Below, in pieces: positions 1 through 10,117 of a DNA stretch of 62,774 nucleotides. This stretch comes from Patescibacteria group bacterium (GTDB taxonomy: Bacteria; Patescibacteriota; Microgenomatia; UBA8517), in contig JBBRBD010000006.1 of assembly GCA_038206135.1 (NCBI GenBank), forward strand, positions 1-62,774, given 5' to 3'. A model generated the notes under the pieces. The model did no database searches and was not told the origin of the DNA. It worked only from the letters and a program-made list of their open reading frames with translations. The position numbers and the translations under genes are program-made. How positions within the stretch are numbered: position 1 is the first letter of the stretch; each line of letters opens with the position of its first letter.

Positions 1-1
1 T

Positions 2-499
2 TTCCATTTGGTTTCCAATTACAAATACTCTGGTGGGCTTGAACTTGTAAGATTTTAACTTATTGTAAAGTTCATTAAAATCGATAAACGTCCCTGCTTT
101 CCTTATATAACAAAGCACAATTGTTTCTTCATCGTATGCCTTTTTGGGATTAATAAGCTTACATTTTAAGATAAAGTCAACGACCGGAATGCTTGTATGA
201 GTTTCGTATGTTACAACTTCTACAGTTTGATATTTAGTCTCAACGTTCTTTCCAAGAATTTCTTCTTGGTAAAGCGTCCAAACATCAGGAAATTCATCTA
301 AAGAAGCCTGCATGAAAAAATGTGTACCGAAAGCCTTATGCAAACTTAGCAGCATTATAGCTGACCCTTTCATCTCGCCAATCTTTTTTAATGCGGTATC
401 TTTATCGACGACGTCCTGACCGTATATTTTTATAAGATCCTCTGCCATGTAAATGACATAAGCAGGTGAGTACCAAAATCTAGTCATATCAATACTCAT
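2..499 (-). CDS. Hypothetical protein, truncated by window start
   Basis: Manual translation from ATG at 499 (MSIDMTRFWYSPAYVIYMAEDLIKIYG...) stays open to the window edge; absent from the ORF track because no stop codon is included. Confidence 0.6.
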   Translation of the reverse strand, partial: MSIDMTRFWYSPAYVIYMAEDLIKIYGQDVVDKDTALKKIGEMKGSAIMLLSLHKAFGTHFFMQASLDEFPDVWTLYQEEILGKNVETKYQTVEVVTYETHTSIPVVDFILKCKLINPKKAYDEETIVLCYIRKAGTFIDFNELYNKLKSYKFKPTRVFVIGNQME

Positions 500-505
500 A
501 ATGAA

Positions 506-727
506 TTATTCATTTTCGTTATCTTGAAATAAATCAGTTACTTGTCTAAATACCTTTTTATAACTTTCATTTTCTGATGAATCAGTTACTTTCAATAACA
601 TCGTGGTCAGAAACATCGAAAACATGGTTAATCTAAAGAGTGTCGTCTTCATAATATACTGGTCAAACTTAGGACCAAGTACCATGGTTGTGGCAAATTG
701 TTGGGGATTACTATTATCTAGCCCCAT
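506..727 (-). CDS. Possible small hypothetical protein (~73 aa)
   Basis: 3' part of track ORF 506..856; ATG at 727 avoids most of the overlap with the + strand gene; no recognisable motif. Confidence 0.3.
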   Translation of the reverse strand: MGLDNSNPQQFATTMVLGPKFDQYIMKTTLFRLTMFSMFLTTMLLKVTDSSENESYKKVFRQVTDLFQDNENE

Positions 728-849
728 TTCTTCATGAACTAGGTCAAAGTCATGGTGAGCCAAACGATTTGCTTGTTTGTACACAATGTCATAAATATAT
801 GTTGTTAAAAAGGTTAAAATCGAATTTTCAAATAAAAGGAGAAGACGAG

Positions 850-1428
850 ATGCCATGCACTGAGTTTGAGACTCCAGATCAGTTGCTTTTTGGACTTATC
901 ACAATGAACATGTTAGATGTACTTGATGATGCAGGTTTAACATCAGAAGAAATGTTGATGTATTTGAGTAAAATGAATGCAGGTATATTATCTGACTCGG
1001 TTAACCGCAATATAATATCTTTGGAACAAGCAAACAACGCAGCTGCATATATCACAGGAAAGGCCTTAATCTCACTAAATCAAATGGGAAAGTCGTCTGA
1101 AGAACAAGTTAAATTTATAAGTCAGATTTATGGACACACGTTTGGGTGGGTAGGTGCCGTAGATAAAGAGTTAAGTGTAAGTGGAACTGCAATCGATCCA
1201 TTTCTTAAGCCAGAAAACAGGGGCTTTTTAGATACATGGATTAGTCACAATGGTACGCAGTCAAATGTGAAAATATCCGATGGTCCAGATCGCGGTTTAC
1301 ATTGGTGGATCGATACAAAAACCCAGTCACAGGGTGTCACATTGGTCACTCGTAAAGTTGAAGGAAAGTTGTACAGAGGGACGCCTGTTGAGAATCCACA
1401 GCAAATATACAAAAAGGAAGAACATTGA
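850..1428 (+). CDS. Hypothetical protein (192 aa)
   Basis: Track ORF 688..1428; start moved to ATG 850, which has AAAGGAG upstream. Confidence 0.7.
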   Translation: MPCTEFETPDQLLFGLITMNMLDVLDDAGLTSEEMLMYLSKMNAGILSDSVNRNIISLEQANNAAAYITGKALISLNQMGKSSEEQVKFISQIYGHTFGWVGAVDKELSVSGTAIDPFLKPENRGFLDTWISHNGTQSNVKISDGPDRGLHWWIDTKTQSQGVTLVTRKVEGKLYRGTPVENPQQIYKKEEH

Positions 1429-1487
1429 GGTAAAAACTGTTGGGTGTTAGAATATAAAGTAGTCTAACACTCAACTTAATTAAAATT

Positions 1488-1898
1488 ATGAAATTTAACT
1501 TATATAAATCAATACCAGTTAATTGCTCAAAAGAAAATTTAGAGTTCATGAAATTTGTGACTGATTTATCAGAAGCGATCTATCTTTTAAGGAAAGATCT
1601 TAATGCAGAAAAAGATGGGAGAGAGACAATAAGACAACTTTCAAATGCCTATTCATATTATTGGAGTCAACCAGATTTAAGCATTCCACCCAAGGATTTA
1701 TTTACTGGAGAATATTCTAATGAAATAGTAAAAGTGTATGGCTTTTTCCATGATGCATGGGGTTACTTTGAGGTACTTAATCTCCCTGAAGGGGGAGGCG
1801 GTTACAGACCCGATGATATCGATGCAGACGCTGAGGATTTCTTAAACAAGATATCAGAAAGTCTCAAGATGATAGATTCTTCCTACGGAATAAAATAG
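1488..1898 (+). CDS. Hypothetical acidic protein
   Basis: ORF track 136 aa, non-overlapping, natural composition. Confidence 0.7.
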   Translation: MKFNLYKSIPVNCSKENLEFMKFVTDLSEAIYLLRKDLNAEKDGRETIRQLSNAYSYYWSQPDLSIPPKDLFTGEYSNEIVKVYGFFHDAWGYFEVLNLPEGGGGYRPDDIDADAEDFLNKISESLKMIDSSYGIK

Positions 1899-1954
1899 TT
1901 TATTAATTATTTACTTCTTAAATATCCGCTAAATTCAATAAAGGAGAATTCAAT

Positions 1955-2401
1955 ATGAGTGGACAAAGTGACCATTTTGTAAGAGAGTCCATGGCTAAAC
2001 TACTGAAGTATCTTGCAAGATATAATTCCGAATATTCAGTAGATGGTAAATTGCCCAAGGCGTATGTTTGGAGACCTTATAGATTCGCGTTAAAAGATAT
2101 CGTATTGGGTAGGGTTGTTATTAGACATAATCGAAATGACAACACTGTTGATGTGGCAGTCTGTTTGTGTGAAGATCATCCTGATTTTGAGGACCACAAT
2201 GGCACTAAGTTTGTATGCGCTTTCTTGTTGTCGGAAGCTTTTATGTGCGGTTCATCAATGACAATTCGTTTTGTCAAAGAAGAACAAGTAGAAGGAGAGA
2301 CGAAGCTTCAACTCGACAAAATGCCAGACGCGATCATTGAGTATGTCAACTATCTTGGCGTAAAGCTAAATCACATAAGTGACGCGCGTATTACACCCTG
2401 A
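1955..2401 (+). CDS. Hypothetical protein
   Basis: 148 aa ORF with AAAGGAG SD upstream. Confidence 0.75.
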   Translation: MSGQSDHFVRESMAKLLKYLARYNSEYSVDGKLPKAYVWRPYRFALKDIVLGRVVIRHNRNDNTVDVAVCLCEDHPDFEDHNGTKFVCAFLLSEAFMCGSSMTIRFVKEEQVEGETKLQLDKMPDAIIEYVNYLGVKLNHISDARITP

Positions 2402-2464
2402 AAACTAGCTTCATAAATGATATATTACATGCGCAGGAAGGACACTGAGTAAAAGGAGTTTGTC

Positions 2465-2674
2465 ATGAGTGCGGGGACAGTTCACAGTTGGGTGCCAGAT
2501 GCAGGTTTCATTCTTTCTCGATTTGTCATCTGCGCAGTTATAGCTGCGATTTCAAGTGCAACACTTTTCGTTGAAGGTCAGTCAAAGACCGTATGTATAG
2601 CAGTTGGTTGTTGCCTTTTACTCCTGGGAGCGTTTCTCGAAAGGATTCAGTGGTCACAGCAAATCGATAGCTAA
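2465..2674 (+). CDS. Small two-TM membrane protein
   Basis: AAAGGAG SD; two hydrophobic stretches; followed by terminator. Confidence 0.7.
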   Translation: MSAGTVHSWVPDAGFILSRFVICAVIAAISSATLFVEGQSKTVCIAVGCCLLLLGAFLERIQWSQQIDS

Positions 2675-2695
2675 AATTTCGACTATATTCACAGG

Positions 2696-2726
2696 AAGGA
2701 ATACCGTTTGGTATTCCTTTTTTTTT
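2696..2726 (+). terminator. Intrinsic terminator
   Basis: AAGGAATACC-GTTT-GGTATTCCTT followed by T-run. Confidence 0.8.
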
Positions 2727-2740
2727 GATATACTAAATTT

Positions 2741-3280
2741 ATGAAAGATTCTGCCCACGTTCTTCATACAACACAAAGAGATCGCTTTAGACACTTTAAC
2801 TTTCTGCTCCTTCTCCTGCCTTCAATGGCTTTTGTTCTGGTCCTTTCATTCTTTCTCCGAAATAAATTTGCACCCATGGGCGCAATGACTCAGTCTTCAG
2901 TTTCAATGGAACGAACAAAAATTACGGTAAAAGACACAGAAGTTATGGTCGGGCTCGCCAAAACAGAAGCACAACACGAGCAAGGTCTCTCTGGTGTTAC
3001 AACACTTGCCGACACTGAAGGGATGCTGTTTGTATTCACCACAAAAACTCACCCCCCATTCTGGATGAAAGACATGCTTATTCCACTCGACTTTTTGTGG
3101 ATTTCGGACGGAAAGGTAGTTCAAATCTCAAAGGACGTTCCAGCACCTGCATTTGGAACTCCTGACAATCAGCTGAAACTTATTATTCCAAATGATCCGA
3201 TAAACTATGTCCTTGAAGTAAATGCAGGATTTACAGATTCACACCAAATAGAGGTAGGGGACAGTGTTACAATACCTTGA
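2741..3280 (+). CDS. DUF192 family protein with N-terminal TM anchor
   Basis: Motifs GLS...GMLFVF, FWMKDMLIPLDFLWI, YVLEVNAG; TATACT 6 nt before ATG. Confidence 0.85.
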   Translation: MKDSAHVLHTTQRDRFRHFNFLLLLLPSMAFVLVLSFFLRNKFAPMGAMTQSSVSMERTKITVKDTEVMVGLAKTEAQHEQGLSGVTTLADTEGMLFVFTTKTHPPFWMKDMLIPLDFLWISDGKVVQISKDVPAPAFGTPDNQLKLIIPNDPINYVLEVNAGFTDSHQIEVGDSVTIP

Positions 3281-6200
3281 TGGCGAGTGAATTTGCTCAT
3301 ATTCATCTTCATACAGAATATTCGCTGCTTGATGGGTTAACCAATATTAAGAAGCTCTTCGGTCGTGTCAAAGAAATGAACATGGACTCAGTTGCCATAA
3401 CGGATCACGGAGCCATGTACGGAGCCATTGAGTTTTACAAAATGGGTTTGAAAGAAGGCATTAAACCCATCATTGGCATGGAAGCCTATACCACTCCAAA
3501 GGACCACACAAAGAGAGAAGGAAAAGAAGAGCGTCAAATTCATCACTTGCTTCTTTTGGCAAAAGACGAAGAAGGCTACAAGAACTTAATGAAAATTAGC
3601 TCCATTGCTTGGCTTGAGGGATACTATTATAGACCTCGGATTGATCGCCCCACTCTCGCCAAATATTCAAAAGGTTTAATTGTCACCTCAGCGTGTCCAG
3701 CGGGAGAACTAGCTGAAAAAATAGTTGACAACAATATGGAAGAAGCCCGTCAAACAGTACAGTGGTTTTTAGATGTATTTGGAGAGGACTACTATTTAGA
3801 GGTACAAAACCATGAATATGCAAAGTTTATAGAAAGTGCCCCAAACCCTGAGATTAGAGCTGAAATGTCCAAAATGGCAAACATGGAGAAGGTTATTAAA
3901 GAGGGGGTTATAACACTTTCTCGTGAATATGGCATCCCTATTGTTGCAACAAACGACTCCCACTACTTAAACAAAGAAGACGCAAACGCCCAAGATGCAC
4001 TTGTCTGCGTGGCTACGGGAAAACAAGTTACAGACACGAAGCGTATTCGTTTCATTGATTGCCCGAATTATTATGTAAAGTCTGCTGATGAAATGAAAGA
4101 ACTGTTTCCAGACCTTCCCGAAGCCATTTCAAATACGGTGAAACTCGCCGAAAAGTGTAACTTGGAAATAACTACACTGGGCAAATGGTTCTTTCCGAAA
4201 TACGAAGTTCCTGACCACAAAACTGCAGAAGACTATTTAACAGAGCTTGCAAACACTCGTATTCACGAGCGGTACGATGACATAACCCCAGAAATAAAAG
4301 AGCGGCTCGCATATGAGCTCGATATTATTATCAAAAAAGGATACGCTCCATACTTTTTGATTGTCATGAGTATGATGAACTGGGCAAATGAAACGGGGAT
4401 TATTACCAATACTCGAGGCTCCGCGGCCGGAAGTATTACGTCATATATTCTAGGCATCACGACTGTTGACCCAATTCGCTACTATTTGCCGTTTGAGCGA
4501 TTCTTAAATCCATATCGCCCAACTCCTCCTGATATTGATTTTGACGTTGCTGATAACAAACGCGATCAAGTTATTGCTTATATGGCAGACACCTATGGAA
4601 AGGAAAAAGTTGCACAGATTTGTACCTTCGGGAGAATGCTTGCCCGGGCTGCTGCGCGTGATGTCGCCAGAGTATTGGGATATGACTACGCAATTGGAGA
4701 CAAGATTAGTAAGCTTATTCCACCACCAAAGCAAGGGTTCCCCGTTAACATCGCAAAAGCCTTGGAAATAAGTCCAGAGCTCAAAGCCTTATATGACTCA
4801 GATCGTGATGCCAAGAAAATTTTAGATCTCGCAAAACAAATGGAAGGTAGTGCCAGGCACTTATCAGTGCACGCGGCAGGAGTTGTCATTGCTCCAGAAG
4901 AAATTACAAACTTCACTCCAATTTTGAAAGAAACAAAGGAAGGCAAAATCATTACGCAGTATGAAATGCATGCAGCTGAAGACGTTGGTTTAATTAAATT
5001 TGATATCTTGGGTATTCGAAATCTTTCAATTCTGGGGTCTGCCATTGAGATCGTCAAAGAGCTCCATGACGTCACCATTAACTTAAATAAGCTACCCCTT
5101 GATGACACCAAAACCTTTGAAATGCTCGCGAGGGGCGACACCATGGGTGTATTTCAATTGTCGGGAGGGGGAATGACTAAGTACCTGATGGACTTGAAGC
5201 CTAATAAAATTGAGGACTTAATGGCAATGGTAGCTCTCTACCGCCCGGGGCCAATGGCTGTAATCCCAGAATACATCGCCCGAAAAAATGATCCAAACCT
5301 AGTTTCATATTTAGACCCGCGAATGAAAAAGTTTTTAGGGGCCTCATATGGACTCATTGTCTATCAAGATGACTTGCTCTTTTGTGCGATTGATCTTGCC
5401 GGATACACCTGGGAAGAAGCCGATAAATTTAGAAAAGCTGTGGGAAAGAAAATTCCTGAGGAAATGGCCGCACAAAAAGACAAGTTTGTTGCAGGCATAA
5501 TCACAAATGGACAATCTGCTGAATTTGCAGAAACGTTGTGGCAACTGTTTGAACCATTTCAGTCCTACGGATTTAATAAAGCACATGCCGCAAGTTACGG
5601 AATGGTTTCATACCAAACTGCATATATGAAGGCGAACTATCCGGTTGAATATATGACTGCTTTAATGACTGCGGAAAGTGGAGACTTAGAGAAAATCACC
5701 GAAGCCATTAACGAATGTAATCGAATGGGAATAACTATTCTCCCGCCTGACATTAATAAAAGTAAAGTTGGCTTCCACGTTACAGACATTGAAACTTCAC
5801 TCGGGGGAAAAGGAATACTCTTTGGTTTTTCAGCCGTTAAAAACGTGGGAGCTGCCGCTATTGATGCCATTATTGAAGCCAGAGCCACAGGACCATTCAG
5901 TTCTTTTATTGATTTTTGCCAGAGAGTTGACGGGCGAAAAGTAAATAAGCGGGTATTTGAAAGTTTGATTAAAGTGGGCGCCATGAGTGCATTTGGAAAT
6001 AGGGCATCTCTATTGGAAAGTGTTGAAGAAGTCAGAGCAAAGGCAAAGCCCGTCGACAATGGGGACCAGATGGGACTTTTCTTCGAAGAAGAAGCCGAGA
6101 AAAAAGCAGCAGCTCCAGTAATCACCCATACCTTAGACGTAAAACCTGAGTTTTCAGAAAGCGTTTTAATTGGATTGGAGCGGGAACTCATGGGTTTTTC

Positions 6201-6771
6201 CTTGTCAGCCCCACCGGTTTCCCAGCTGGTTGCTGAAATATTGCCGTACAAAACGCATGCAATTTCTCAAATTACCCCGGATGATTATCCACGGGAACCT
6301 GCAAAAATAGCTTGTGTGATTTCAGAAGTACGTATGGTTATCACAAAAAAGAACTCATCAGAAATGGCATTTGCAAAAATAGATGATGGAACGGGGATGC
6401 TGGATGTGGTGATTTTCCCAAAACTCTATGCACAAACAAAAGAGTTGTGGGTTGAGCAGCGCCCAGTTCTCATAACGGGAAAAATTGAACTTCGAGATGA
6501 AGCCGTTAATATGCTTGCCGACTCCATTGAAACGGTTGAAACAATTAAAGGGAAAGGTGGAGAGCTGAAAATTTCAATTCCCATTGGAACAGAAGCCACA
6601 AAGCTAAAAGCATTAAAGGAACTCCTGGAGCAAAACAAAGGAAACCAAAAAGCACTGCTTCTCTTCGATGGCACCAAACAAGAAGTGGTAATTCCCTTTA
6701 CTATCTCTTGGAATCAAGATTTGTCTCGTAAAATTGCATCGCTTTTAGCTACAAATAACCAAAGCAATTAG
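3280..6771 (+). CDS. dnaE: DNA polymerase III subunit alpha
   Basis: PHP domain HIHLHTEYSLLDG, RGSAAGS, PDIDFD, KFDILG, FNKAH, OB-fold C-terminus; 1163 aa. Confidence 0.98.
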   Translation: MASEFAHIHLHTEYSLLDGLTNIKKLFGRVKEMNMDSVAITDHGAMYGAIEFYKMGLKEGIKPIIGMEAYTTPKDHTKREGKEERQIHHLLLLAKDEEGYKNLMKISSIAWLEGYYYRPRIDRPTLAKYSKGLIVTSACPAGELAEKIVDNNMEEARQTVQWFLDVFGEDYYLEVQNHEYAKFIESAPNPEIRAEMSKMANMEKVIKEGVITLSREYGIPIVATNDSHYLNKEDANAQDALVCVATGKQVTDTKRIRFIDCPNYYVKSADEMKELFPDLPEAISNTVKLAEKCNLEITTLGKWFFPKYEVPDHKTAEDYLTELANTRIHERYDDITPEIKERLAYELDIIIKKGYAPYFLIVMSMMNWANETGIITNTRGSAAGSITSYILGITTVDPIRYYLPFERFLNPYRPTPPDIDFDVADNKRDQVIAYMADTYGKEKVAQICTFGRMLARAAARDVARVLGYDYAIGDKISKLIPPPKQGFPVNIAKALEISPELKALYDSDRDAKKILDLAKQMEGSARHLSVHAAGVVIAPEEITNFTPILKETKEGKIITQYEMHAAEDVGLIKFDILGIRNLSILGSAIEIVKELHDVTINLNKLPLDDTKTFEMLARGDTMGVFQLSGGGMTKYLMDLKPNKIEDLMAMVALYRPGPMAVIPEYIARKNDPNLVSYLDPRMKKFLGASYGLIVYQDDLLFCAIDLAGYTWEEADKFRKAVGKKIPEEMAAQKDKFVAGIITNGQSAEFAETLWQLFEPFQSYGFNKAHAASYGMVSYQTAYMKANYPVEYMTALMTAESGDLEKITEAINECNRMGITILPPDINKSKVGFHVTDIETSLGGKGILFGFSAVKNVGAAAIDAIIEARATGPFSSFIDFCQRVDGRKVNKRVFESLIKVGAMSAFGNRASLLESVEEVRAKAKPVDNGDQMGLFFEEEAEKKAAAPVITHTLDVKPEFSESVLIGLERELMGFSLSAPPVSQLVAEILPYKTHAISQITPDDYPREPAKIACVISEVRMVITKKNSSEMAFAKIDDGTGMLDVVIFPKLYAQTKELWVEQRPVLITGKIELRDEAVNMLADSIETVETIKGKGGELKISIPIGTEATKLKALKELLEQNKGNQKALLLFDGTKQEVVIPFTISWNQDLSRKIASLLATNNQSN

Positions 6772-7355
6772 TTCCCTTCGAATTTACGTCTCAAGAATAA
6801 GGTGAACTCTTTTAATTCCTGTTGGTATAAATGAAGTTCTTTCTTCTTCTCAGCTTTAGTTCGAGCGTCTTGCATAAATTCTCCTACAAAAGTGAGCCTC
6901 GTAAATTGAAATACATTTCGAAAAACAAGCATATGCTCATATATACACACATGTTCTTTGTAAAATTCATTGAGCAGTTTCAGGACTGGTTCAATATCAT
7001 TCTTCAAAAGAACTGAGATTTCTTGTAATGTATCCGTATATTCCTTAAATATCTCGCCCCTCATCACCTTACGGCTAATTCTACCTCTAGTGTCTTCCGC
7101 TTTTTTCAATTTCTCCTCAGCACTTTTTTGCAATTGCTTGTATTTCAATGTCTCTTTTGGATTAAAATCAACCCACGGCGCAGCAACCCCATGATCAAGA
7201 TGTCCTTCACATGAAGCAGCAGTTTCAATACCAAGCAAATTAAAATAGAGCACTGTTTCAAAGACTAATGGGTCTATTGGTCTGCCTAGTTTATCTCCTG
7301 TTTGCTCGAGTTTTCTTTTGATACGCTTATATAGAGCTTGTTTCTGTGTAATCAT
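6768..7355 (-). CDS. Hypothetical protein with T-x-x-SCEGH motif (TYW3-like fold suspected)
   Basis: ETAASCEGHLDHG...PWVDF; start moved to ATG 7355 (TATACT 6 nt upstream). Confidence 0.7.
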   Translation of the reverse strand: MITQKQALYKRIKRKLEQTGDKLGRPIDPLVFETVLYFNLLGIETAASCEGHLDHGVAAPWVDFNPKETLKYKQLQKSAEEKLKKAEDTRGRISRKVMRGEIFKEYTDTLQEISVLLKNDIEPVLKLLNEFYKEHVCIYEHMLVFRNVFQFTRLTFVGEFMQDARTKAEKKKELHLYQQELKEFTLFLRRKFEGN

Positions 7356-7416
7356 GTATATAGTATATCTCATCGCTTGCGAACACACACTCATTTGAGG
7401 TACAATACAACCTAAC

Positions 7417-7863
7417 ATGGCAATTACAGCAATCCACAAAGAAATAACTTTCGGTGTCGGAGACATTATTAAAGTTCACCAACGCCTTTTTGAGGCTGCA
7501 AGTGATAAAAAGGGAACAGCAACTGGTGAAATTAAAAGTCGTATTCAAATTTTTGAAGGAACCGTTATTGCTATTCGTGGAAACGGAATGGGCAAAAGTG
7601 TAATTGTTCGACGAATTGGAAACCAAGGAATTGGCATGGAAATGATTTTCCCTCTTTTTGCTCCAACTATTGAAAAAGTAGAAGTTTCCAGATCCGGATA
7701 TGAAGGTTCACGCCGCGCAAAGCTCTATTACATCAGAGAAAAGAGTAAACGTGAAATTGACAAGATTTACAGACGTAATAATGTCAAAGAAAAGCCTACA
7801 GAAGTCGCTGCAAAACCTGCTAAAAAAGCTGCTGCAAAGAAAGTAACCCCAAAAAGCGAGTAA
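7417..7863 (+). CDS. rplS: 50S ribosomal protein L19
   Basis: VGDIIKVH, QIFEGTVIAIRG, VRRIG, RRAKLYYIRE. Confidence 0.95.
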   Translation: MAITAIHKEITFGVGDIIKVHQRLFEAASDKKGTATGEIKSRIQIFEGTVIAIRGNGMGKSVIVRRIGNQGIGMEMIFPLFAPTIEKVEVSRSGYEGSRRAKLYYIREKSKREIDKIYRRNNVKEKPTEVAAKPAKKAAAKKVTPKSE

Positions 7864-7879
7864 GTGATACACTCACCAG

Positions 7880-9802
7880 GTGAGGCTCACTGTCATATTC
7901 TCATTATTAATAACTAGTTTTTGTTTAGTATTTTTGCCCCACACCACTTTCGCCCACGACTCCTTTGTCACCATTGTTAACCCCGTTCGAATTTCAGCCT
8001 ACACAACGGATGTCTCAAAAAGCATTCAAGCGCAAGCTGCAGTTGTTGCAACTTTTAATTTTCCCGCGACTTGGCTTCTAACCCCTGAAGTACTTGATAC
8101 CCCAACAGCCATAACAGAACTTAAAAAACTTCCCACAACTAACGAACTGGGACTCTTCCTTGAAATTTCAGAAAAACTCGCAAACGACGCACAAGTTTCG
8201 TATAAAAAGCCAGAACACTGGTATCACCCAAATGCACTGTTTTTGTCAGGATACACACAAAGCGAGCGCATAAAGCTCATCGATACACTCTTTAAAAAAT
8301 TCAAAGAGCAGTTTAGATATTTTCCAACTTCAGTCGGGTCGTGGGGGACAGATAGCTTTAGCCTTTCATATATGCAAAAAACATATGGAGTGACCGCGAA
8401 CCTCATGTGTACTGACCAATATGCAACAGATAACTACCAACTCTGGGGACAATTCTGGCAAGCTCCGTATTACCCTTCAAAAATACACGCAGGAGAACCG
8501 GGAACAATAGAATCAGAAATACCAATCGTTGAAATGCAGTGGGCTCCCCGCGACCCCCTCCATGGATATGAATCCAGTTTATATAGTACCCAGGATTACT
8601 TTACCGTAAAGGACAACTTAGGAATAGATTACTTTCAAAAACTTATTGAGAGTTATCTATTTGATGAGCATAATTCATTCGGACAAGTTGTCGTCGGACT
8701 TGAAGGCGACTTTAACCCTGAAACGTATTCACAACACTTCAAAGAACAACTTACGGTTGTTTCAAATCTACAAAAAGATAAAGGAGTAAAAGTCACCAAC
8801 ATGAAAGATTTTTCAAGTTGGTACAAAAATAACTTTAAAGTTACCCCACCAACTCATTTTGTAACAAAGGATCTACTCGGGGGGCCTGTAACCACAGAAT
8901 GGTATGAGTCGACAAGCTATAGAATTGGAATGAAATACGAAGACAAAAATTCTCAGCTATCCATCTTTGATTTTAGAGTGTATGACCCAAACTTCATGGA
9001 GTCTTACTACTTGTTCCCAAACAGACAAAACACGCTTTCCCTGGTAATTCCCAGTGTCATTGACACAAAAATAAACCCCTCAGCAGTTTGGAACCTTAAT
9101 GTATCGAGACAAGACATTGAACTTTCCCCCACAGGCATACTCATAAAAAAACAAACTGATGTTCCTGCAAATATTAAAGACTCACCCCTAATCACCCTTT
9201 CCACAAACAATGAAAACACCACGATTACCCCGACTACATGGAATTATGCACCAGAGGGACAATCAGTAAAATATCTAAAACCAGAAGTTAAAAGTCTTCT
9301 TAACTCTCACAAAGTGCAACTCATTTTATTTTTAGGACTCTTACTGCTTCTCTTTATTTCATTCAAAGGCTATAGAAAAATAACAGTAGTACTCATCCTA
9401 TTCGGGTATTTATTCTTCCAGTCACAAGCATACGCCTCATATATAGTTCTCCCCGGAGAGCTGCAAGCTCTACAGTTTTTACGAGCGCAGCCAGAAGGCC
9501 GCGTTCTCACTAAAGGAACTGTTTGTTTGCAATGCGCCTTCCAATCTCACGACACTCCTGCAGCTTTCACCGGAGAGCGACGCTATGTCACTGATATTTC
9601 AAATAAAAAAATTGTCACCGATGACTCCGTGTTTACCGTAGACCGGGAGCACATTCATGAAGCTTTTCAAAAAACAGGAGCCACTTATATATACCTGGTA
9701 AAAATAGGAGACTACATTGAAAACCTTCCCTATTCACCAGGGGACTCAGGAGTCAAAAAAATATTTGAAAATGCAGACGCTACCATTTGGCAAAAAGAAT
9801 AA
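7880..9802 (+). CDS. Exported/membrane protein with glycoside hydrolase/deacetylase-like N-terminal domain
   Basis: Signal peptide, PATWLL, ELGLFLE, YFPTSVGSW motifs; two TM helices near aa 480-520. Confidence 0.65.
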   Translation: MRLTVIFSLLITSFCLVFLPHTTFAHDSFVTIVNPVRISAYTTDVSKSIQAQAAVVATFNFPATWLLTPEVLDTPTAITELKKLPTTNELGLFLEISEKLANDAQVSYKKPEHWYHPNALFLSGYTQSERIKLIDTLFKKFKEQFRYFPTSVGSWGTDSFSLSYMQKTYGVTANLMCTDQYATDNYQLWGQFWQAPYYPSKIHAGEPGTIESEIPIVEMQWAPRDPLHGYESSLYSTQDYFTVKDNLGIDYFQKLIESYLFDEHNSFGQVVVGLEGDFNPETYSQHFKEQLTVVSNLQKDKGVKVTNMKDFSSWYKNNFKVTPPTHFVTKDLLGGPVTTEWYESTSYRIGMKYEDKNSQLSIFDFRVYDPNFMESYYLFPNRQNTLSLVIPSVIDTKINPSAVWNLNVSRQDIELSPTGILIKKQTDVPANIKDSPLITLSTNNENTTITPTTWNYAPEGQSVKYLKPEVKSLLNSHKVQLILFLGLLLLLFISFKGYRKITVVLILFGYLFFQSQAYASYIVLPGELQALQFLRAQPEGRVLTKGTVCLQCAFQSHDTPAAFTGERRYVTDISNKKIVTDDSVFTVDREHIHEAFQKTGATYIYLVKIGDYIENLPYSPGDSGVKKIFENADATIWQKE

Positions 9803-9850
9803 AATTTCAGCTTGACATACGATTATAGGTTTGATATATTTCGTGCATCA

Positions 9851-9940
9851 GAGCCTATCGTCTAGCGGTTTAGGACGTACTGTTTTTCTTAAACCTTCGG
9901 GTTAAGAAGTAAAAGACGGGTTCGAATCCCGTTGGGCTCA
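9851..9940 (+). tRNA. tRNA-Glu-like gene whose anticodon loop is replaced by a cUUCGg-capped hairpin (non-canonical)
   Basis: Acceptor GAGCCTA/TGGGCTC, D arm GTCT/GGAC with A14,G18,G19,A21, T arm ACGGG-TTCGAAT-CCCGT; 39 nt between D and T arms instead of ~22-23. Confidence 0.75.
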
Positions 9941-10117
9941 CAATTTCATCATGGTTCAGCGCGACCCGTAGGCTCGTGCAGAAAAGCCCGATGTGGCTTG
10001 CTAATCGATCGTCGAATTGTTCGAAATGTCGTTTTAGAGCCTGTAATACACTATTTTTACTCCCAATTTTACCCTGAATTTAAGCCACGAGAAGAACACC
10101 TATCATAGGTGTTGAGG

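Noticed and set aside
3280-6771. Intein in dnaE
   Set aside because: Length is normal, motifs are continuous and no splice-junction residues were seen
10031-10040. GTTTTAGAGC resembling the start of a type II CRISPR repeat
   Set aside because: Single copy, no spacer periodicity, no cas genes; no CRISPR array was seen anywhere in the window
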